From NCBI GenBank assembly GCA_963734165.1, contig CAVTFZ010000001.1:247546-311545 (forward strand): a stretch of DNA of 64,000 bases, given 5' to 3'. Position numbers and translations under genes: made by a program. The notes under the pieces were generated by a model, which worked only from the letters and a program-made list of their open reading frames with translations, was not told where the DNA came from and searched no databases. Shown one piece after another: positions 59,028 through 64,000 of this stretch (position 1 is the first letter of the stretch; every line of letters begins with the position of its first letter). The DNA is from an uncultured Thermoleophilaceae bacterium (GTDB lineage Bacteria > Actinomycetota > Thermoleophilia > Solirubrobacterales > Thermoleophilaceae).

Positions 59028-60470
59028 ATGCGCGAGATCGCCGTCTCAACCCGTGCAGGAGCTGCCGAGGACACCGCCGCCGACACGCGCGTGGTGGGCC
59101 TGTTCGAGGGCGAGTCGCTGCTCGCGCCGGCCCTGCAGACGCTCGTCGACCTCGGCGAGGCGCGGCCGGGGCTGAAGAAGGTCGCGGTGACGCACGAGGA
59201 CGCGCCGGGCGGCGGTCAGCGTCGCGTGCTGATCGCCGGACTGGGCAAGCGCGCGGAGTTCGACGCCGAGCGCGCCCGGATCGCCGCGGCGGCGGTCGCC
59301 GGACGGGCGCGCGAGCTGGGCGCGGTCTCGCTCTCGTGGGCGCTGCCGCCCGGGGACGGGATCGCGCGGCGCCCTCGTCGAGGGCACGCTGCTGCGCCTG
59401 TACTCGTTCGATCGCTTCAAGTCCAAGCAGGAGGAGAACGGGCTCGAGTCGCTGGAGGTCGCCGGCGACGCTGTCGCGTGCCGACGAGGTCGAGCGGGCG
59501 CGCGATCGCGACCGACGCCGCCAACCGTGCCCGCGACCTGCAGAACCTGCCGTCGAACGTCGCCACGCCGAGCTACCTGGCCCAGCGCGCCGCCGAGATC
59601 GCCGACCAGCACCAGGCGCTCGAGCTGGAGCTGCTGGACCGCGACGCGATCGTGGCGCGCGGCATGGGCGCGTTCGCCGCCGTCGCCCAGGGCACGTACG
59701 CCGAGCCGCGACTGATCGTGCTGCGCTACCGCCCGCCGAGCGCGCGCGGCCCGCACCTGGGCTTCGTCGGCAAGGCCGTGACCTTCGACAGCGGCGGCAT
59801 CTCGATCAAGCCCGCGAGCAAGATGCACGAGATGAAGTTCGACATGTCGGGCGGCGCGGCCGTGATCGAGGCCATGGACGCGATCGCCCGACTCGGCCTG
59901 CCGGCCACGATCACCGCCGTCGTGCCGGCCACCGAGAACATGCCCAGCGGCCGCTCGATGAAGCCCGGCGACATCGTGACCGCGATGAACGGGACGACGA
60001 TCGAGATCAACAACACCGACGCCGAGGGGCGCCTGATCCTCGCCGACGCGCTCGCCTACGCCGTCGAGCAGGGGGCCGAGCGGATCGTCGACCTGGCCAC
60101 GCTCACCGGCGCCGTGCTGGTGGCGCTCGGCCACACCTATGCGGGGCTGTTCTCCAACGACGACGCCTGGTACGGCGAGGTCGAGGCCGCCTGCGAGCGC
60201 TACCGGGGAGGTCGGCTGGCGACTGCCGCTGCATCCGGAGTACTTCGAGCTCACCAAGGGCGCAGTACGCCGACCTCACCAACGCCTCCGAGCAGCGCCT
60301 GGCGCCCTCCAGCTACGCGGCCGAGTTCCTGCGCCAGTTCGTCGGCGACACGCCCTGGGTGCACATGGACATCGCCGGCACCGCCTGGGCGCTCGGGCGC
60401 GCCCTACGCGGGCAAGGGCGCGTCGGGCTTCGGCGTGCGCACGTTGGTGGAGTTGGCTCGGCGCAGCTAG
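59028..60470 (+). CDS. pepA: M17 leucyl aminopeptidase; the ORF is open but contains out-of-frame internal segments
   Basis: ORF 59028..60470. NRARDLQNLPSNVATPSYLA...VGKAVTFDSGGISIKPASKMHEMKFDMSGGAAV...NTDAEGRLILADAL. The segments near 59350-59500 and 60190-60400 read correctly only in other frames (e.g. GEVGWRLPLHPEYFELTKG, DTPWVHMDIAGTAW). Confidence 0.85.
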   Translation: MREIAVSTRAGAAEDTAADTRVVGLFEGESLLAPALQTLVDLGEARPGLKKVAVTHEDAPGGGQRRVLIAGLGKRAEFDAERARIAAAAVAGRARELGAVSLSWALPPGDGIARRPRRGHAAAPVLVRSLQVQAGGERARVAGGRRRRCRVPTRSSGRAIATDAANRARDLQNLPSNVATPSYLAQRAAEIADQHQALELELLDRDAIVARGMGAFAAVAQGTYAEPRLIVLRYRPPSARGPHLGFVGKAVTFDSGGISIKPASKMHEMKFDMSGGAAVIEAMDAIARLGLPATITAVVPATENMPSGRSMKPGDIVTAMNGTTIEINNTDAEGRLILADALAYAVEQGAERIVDLATLTGAVLVALGHTYAGLFSNDDAWYGEVEAACERYRGGRLATAAASGVLRAHQGRSTPTSPTPPSSAWRPPATRPSSCASSSATRPGCTWTSPAPPGRSGAPYAGKGASGFGVRTLVELARRS

Positions 60471-60696
60471 CTCTTAAGTCGTCCGTTTCGGGGCGTCCTC
60501 ACCAGTGTGAGGTTCGTCACACAAACGTTTATCAGGCACCGAACCCGGTTACCGTCGCGCGGGTAGTTCGCAAGCGGCCCCTGCCGCCGTTCGACCTTTT
60601 TCCGCGGGGGCAAGACCTGGCGCGCTCGTGCGCACGCCGGGCATTCCAACCCCCCGGAGGTGATTCCCTCTGTCTGCACGACGATTGGCGGCTCGC
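60471..60696 (+). promoter_or_regulatory. Long leader upstream of the Rpf-like gene; weak candidate for a ydaO-type (c-di-AMP) riboswitch
   Basis: It is about 225 nt, non-coding, and less GC-rich. It contains a hairpin CCTCAC-CAGT-GTGAGG (60497-60512), CACCGAACCCGG...GTAGTTCGCAAGCGG (60537-60585) and CGCGGGGGCAAGACC (60603-60617). A CCGGG...CCCGG stem abuts GGAGG at 60656-60660. The match to the consensus is partial and from memory. Confidence 0.25.
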
Positions 60697-61315
60697 ATGC
60701 TTCTGTGCGGCCGCGTTTGGGTGTCTGACGCTCGCGGCAATTGCCGCGGCGCAGGACCCTGTCCCGGCGGACGCGAACGCGTCCGCTCCCGTCCCTGCCC
60801 TTGAAGGCGGCCAGCCGGCGGCCGCGCCTGTGGCCGCTGCACGGCCCGCGCCGCGCGCACTGCGTCGATCGTACGGCCGCTGGCGAAAGCGGCTCACACG
60901 CTACGGCGCCTACGTCGGCCGCAACCTGCTCACAACCGCCAAGGCGGCGGACGAGGCCGAGCGCCCGCCGACGGCCAAGCAGGTGCGCCGTTCGATCCAC
61001 CGCATGCGGGCGCGATTGCATCGCTACCTGCGCACGCCCAAGGGCCGCGCGGCGAGATACCGGCTGAAGGTTCGCGCCGTCCCCGCCTGGGGCCGCGCGC
61101 ACCTGCGCTCGATCGCCCAGTGCGAGTCCCATGGCGATCCGCGCGCCATCGGCGGTGGCGGCGCCTATCGCGGCATGTACCAGTTCAGCTTCAGCACCTG
61201 GGCCGTGGTCGGCGGCAGCGGGGACCCCGCGGCCGCCTCCCGCCACGAGCAGACCTGGCGTGCCTGGCTGCTGTTGAGCCGCCACGGCTCCGGCCACTGG
61301 CCGGTCTGCGGCTGA
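60697..61315 (+). CDS. Secreted Rpf-like (transglycosylase-like domain) protein; start unresolved
   Basis: In the frame of spurious ORF 57605..61315: ...ACFCAAAFGCLTLAAIAAAQD (signal-like)...HLRSIAQCESHGDPRAIGGGGAYRGMYQFSFSTWAVVGGSGDPAAASRHEQTWRAWLLLSRHGSGHWPVCG, TGA 61313-61315. There is no canonical in-frame start near the signal peptide. The ATG at 60697 is in another frame, so an indel is suspected. Confidence 0.6.
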
Positions 61316-61332
61316 CCTAGACGTCACGCAGG

Positions 61333-61357
61333 GCCCGCCGGCTGACTGCCGGCGGGC
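61333..61357. terminator. Stem-loop (10-bp perfect stem GCCCGCCGGC / GCCGGCGGGC, loop TGACT) between convergent genes
   Basis: Read directly. It lies 18 nt after the Rpf-like stop and 33 nt after the minus-strand stop at 61390. Confidence 0.5.
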
Positions 61358-61389
61358 GCCATGGCCATCCCTGTGGCTTGCGCCTCAGC

Positions 61390-61896
61390 TCAGCGGCGCT
61401 GCTCGGTACGGTCGGCCTCGAGCTCGTCCGCGCGCTCGTGGTGCTCGTCGGCCCGCTCGTCGTGGTCGCGAGCGAAGCGACGCTCGCGCTCGGGATCGTC
61501 GGCGACGACGGCGCCGTTGGAACCACCGCTCGAATCGACGGCACCCGCCTCGCGCGAGCGCTGACGCTCGGCCTCGAGGTCGTCGGAGTCGGCGTCCGGA
61601 TCCAGCTCGGCCGCCCGGCGATGGTGCTCGTCGGCCTCGCGACGGCGCTCAGCGGCCTGGGCCGCGGTCTCGCGCGCCTCGGCCTCTTCGCGCTTGGCCC
61701 GCGCCGCCTGTTCCTGGGCCTCGGCCTCGGCTTGGTCCGCGCGTGCCGAGTGCACCTGTGCCTCACGCCGGATCTCTCCTGCCTGCTGTCGACGCGAGTC
61801 GAGCCGCCGCTGGCGGCCCTTGCGCGCGAGCAGCATGATCAGTGCCAGCACGATCAACGCGCCGATCACGATCGCAATGATCGCTCCAGTACTCAT
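61390..61896 (-). CDS. Single-pass membrane protein with highly charged (Arg/Glu/Asp/Ala) helical tail, unknown function
   Basis: ORF 61390..61896. MSTGAIIAIVIGALIVLALIMLLARKGRQRR, then EAQVHSARADQAEAEAQEQAARAKREEAEARE... Confidence 0.55.
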   Translation of the reverse strand: MSTGAIIAIVIGALIVLALIMLLARKGRQRRLDSRRQQAGEIRREAQVHSARADQAEAEAQEQAARAKREEAEARETAAQAAERRREADEHHRRAAELDPDADSDDLEAERQRSREAGAVDSSGGSNGAVVADDPERERRFARDHDERADEHHERADELEADRTEQRR

Positions 61897-61973
61897 GACC
61901 TCGTTCCTCCTCCGGTCCGAGAGCTTCCTCGGAGCTGGTTACCCGCTGAGAGGGTCCGGCAACCCCGTTCGGG

Positions 61974-63626
61974 TCAGGACGCGGCCGTTTCGCCCTCCGG
62001 CGTCAGCTCGTGCAGCTTGCGCTTGAGCACCTTGCCGGTGGCGTTGCGCGGCAGCTGCTCGAGGAACACGATCTCCCGCGGCACCTTGTAACGAGCGAGG
62101 TTGGACTTCACGTAGTCCTTCAGCTCTCCCTCGGAGATCTCCGCGCCCTTCTCCAACACGACGAACGCGCGCAGTCGCTGACCGAAGTCGTGGTCGTCCA
62201 CGCCGATCGCCGCGGCCTCGGCCACCGCGTCGTGGCGGCTGAGGAGATCCTCGATCTCCTGCGGGAACACGTTCTCGCCGCCCGAGACGATCATCTCGTC
62301 GTCGCGACCCTCGACGAACAGCCGCAGCTCCTCGTCGAAGCGGCCGACGTCGCCGGTGGCCATCAGCTCGTCGATGACGTCCTTGCTGCCGCCGCCGGTG
62401 TAGCCCTCGAAGAGCATCTCGTTGCCGACGAAGATGCGCCCGGTCTCGCCCTGCGGCACCTCGTTGCCGTCCTCGTCGTAGAGCTTGACGATCACGCCGC
62501 GGGCCGCCTTGCCAGCAGTGCCGGGGGCGGCGCGCATGTCCTCGGGCGTGGCGATCGTGGCCCAGGCGACCTCGGTCGAGCCGTAGAGGTTGTAGAGCGT
62601 CTCGCCGACCTCGTCCATCCAGTCGGTCGCGAGGTCGCCGGGCAGGGCCGAGCCCGAGGCGGCGACGACCTTCAACGACGAGAGGTCATAGCGGCGGCGG
62701 GTCTCCTCCGGCAGCTCCAGGATGCGCTGCATCATCACCGGCACCACCACCAGCGAATCGCAGCGGTGGCGCGCGATCTCGGCCAGGCAGGCCTCGGGAT
62801 CGAACTTGCGGTGCAGCACGAAGGTCGAGCCGATGATCAGGCCGATCGAGAAGTGCGCGAAGCCCCAGGAGTGGAACATCGGCGCCGCGATGTGACAGAT
62901 CTGACGCGACTTCAGCGGGATTCGCTCGAGCAGCGAGATCGCCGGCTCGAGCGATTGCGGATTCGCCCGGGCGGCGCCCTTGGGCGTGCCGGTGGTGCCC
63001 GAGGTGAGGATGGTCGCGCGACCCTCTGTGGTCGGCGGCACGACGTTGGAGCGGTCCCCGGCTGCGATCAGCTGCTCGAGCGTCGGATCGTCGCAGCGTT
63101 CGGAGTCGTGCCACGCCACGAAGCGCCTGTGCCCCTTGCCGGCCTCTGACAGCAGCTCGGCGAACTCCTCGTCGTAGACGATCGCCCGCGGCTTCTCCCG
63201 CTTGACGACCTCGGCCAGCTGCGGGGCGGCGAAGGAGGTGTTGAGGTAGAGGGCGTTCGCCCCGAGCTTCGAGACCGCGAAGGTCGTCTCGACGAAGCCA
63301 CGGTGGTTGCGGCACATGATCCCCACGCCGTCCCCCTCGACGACGCCGGCGTCGGCCAGCGAGTGCGCGAGCGCGTTGGTGCGCTCGTGCACCTCGCGGT
63401 ACGTGAGCGCGCCAAGCTCGTCGACGATCATCGGCTCGTTCGGATAGCGAGCCGCAAGCGAGACCGAGCCCGCGGCGGGGCTGCGCCCATAGCGCCGCAT
63501 CGCCAACGCGATGTTCACGAGGCGATCGGGGCGTACCGGCCGGATGATGCCGGCGTCCTTCAACACCTTCACCCCGCCGAGCTGGTACTTGACCCGCTCG
63601 GGCAGGCTCATTGGCTGGGCGCTCAC
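61974..63626 (-). CDS. AMP-forming acyl-CoA synthetase (FadD-like)
   Basis: ORF 61974..63626 is intact. ILTSGTTGTPKGA (AMP-binding motif)...YGSTE...TGDVGRFDE...VSGGENVFPQEIE...LPRNATGKVLKR. Confidence 0.85.
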   Translation of the reverse strand: MSAQPMSLPERVKYQLGGVKVLKDAGIIRPVRPDRLVNIALAMRRYGRSPAAGSVSLAARYPNEPMIVDELGALTYREVHERTNALAHSLADAGVVEGDGVGIMCRNHRGFVETTFAVSKLGANALYLNTSFAAPQLAEVVKREKPRAIVYDEEFAELLSEAGKGHRRFVAWHDSERCDDPTLEQLIAAGDRSNVVPPTTEGRATILTSGTTGTPKGAARANPQSLEPAISLLERIPLKSRQICHIAAPMFHSWGFAHFSIGLIIGSTFVLHRKFDPEACLAEIARHRCDSLVVVPVMMQRILELPEETRRRYDLSSLKVVAASGSALPGDLATDWMDEVGETLYNLYGSTEVAWATIATPEDMRAAPGTAGKAARGVIVKLYDEDGNEVPQGETGRIFVGNEMLFEGYTGGGSKDVIDELMATGDVGRFDEELRLFVEGRDDEMIVSGGENVFPQEIEDLLSRHDAVAEAAAIGVDDHDFGQRLRAFVVLEKGAEISEGELKDYVKSNLARYKVPREIVFLEQLPRNATGKVLKRKLHELTPEGETAAS

Positions 63627-63703
63627 GTGTCCATCGTCTCCCTCATCGAGCTGTCGGCGGAGATTGTGCAGCGTACTGTCCAGGTCACGCGCCGATCACA
63701 GTC

Positions 63704-64000
63704 TCACGCTGCCCGTCCGCGACGCGATCCACTCGCCGGCCAGCTCGACGCCGGACCGCGTGGCTTGCGCAGCTTGTGCGGCTCTCCCTGCGGCAGGCCG
63801 CGCAGGAGCGCCCGCAGCGACGGCTCGCGCAGCTGCTCGCCGACGGTGCGCTCGGCGACCTCGATCACCTGCTGGCGCCGGGCGGCGCTCATCAGGTTGC
63901 GCCCCATCGCCGCATGGTCCTCGGCCACGGGCTGGATCAGGACGACCTCGGTGCCGAAGGCGCGTACGCGCTTGGCCTCGTGACCCAGCCGGCGACCGTT
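63704..64000 (-). CDS. C-terminal part of a probable patatin-like phospholipase; N-terminus beyond the window
   Basis: Manual minus-strand read from base 64000: NGRRLGHEAKRVRAFGTEVVLIQPVAEDHAAMGRNLMSAARRQQVIEVAERTVGEQL... The family assignment is from memory of C-terminal patterns and is weak. Confidence 0.35.
   Translation of the reverse strand, partial: NGRRLGHEAKRVRAFGTEVVLIQPVAEDHAAMGRNLMSAARRQQVIEVAERTVGEQLREPSLRALLRGLPQGEPHKLRKPRGPASSWPASGSRRGRAA

Overview
This is a very GC-rich chromosomal segment (third codon positions are almost all G/C), coded almost entirely on the minus strand. Gene content and synteny fit a high-GC Gram-positive organism (Actinomycetota-like, possibly Thermoleophilia/Solirubrobacterales-type; low confidence). 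The housekeeping backbone is rpmE - DUF1385 - prfA - prmC - tsaC - glyA ... wecA ... atpI-like/atpB-E-F-H-A-G-D-C, with a complete F1Fo operon at 13.2-20.5 kb. Embedded in it are:
- a Kdp K+ pump locus with unusual architecture at 23.9-31.7 kb: a KdpD-type kinase half plus kdpE, then kdpF-A-C-B, then a separate KdpD N-terminal/Usp gene
- two tandem GGDEF/HD-GYP genes
- an RHH plus Fic patch
- a tightly coupled FGGY kinase / sphingosine-1-phosphate-lyase-like / hemolysin III (PAQR) / WecA array
- an etfB-etfA-ETF:quinone oxidoreductase cluster
- lipid-metabolism genes (AidB-like acyl-CoA dehydrogenase, thiolase, acyl-CoA synthetase, patatin-like)
- several secreted glycoside hydrolases
- runs of signal-peptide proteins of unknown function at 4.3-12.8 kb and 53.5-56.2 kb

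I recognised no rRNA, tRNA, CRISPR array, transposase or integrase. The dominant property of the window is roughly 60 or more reading-frame breaks, including in indispensable genes (atpA/D/G, glyA) and in the kdpA/B pump genes. These fragment most long genes in the six-frame track and leave long spurious antisense ORFs. I joined fragments by reading conserved motifs across frames, so many start and break-point coordinates are approximate.
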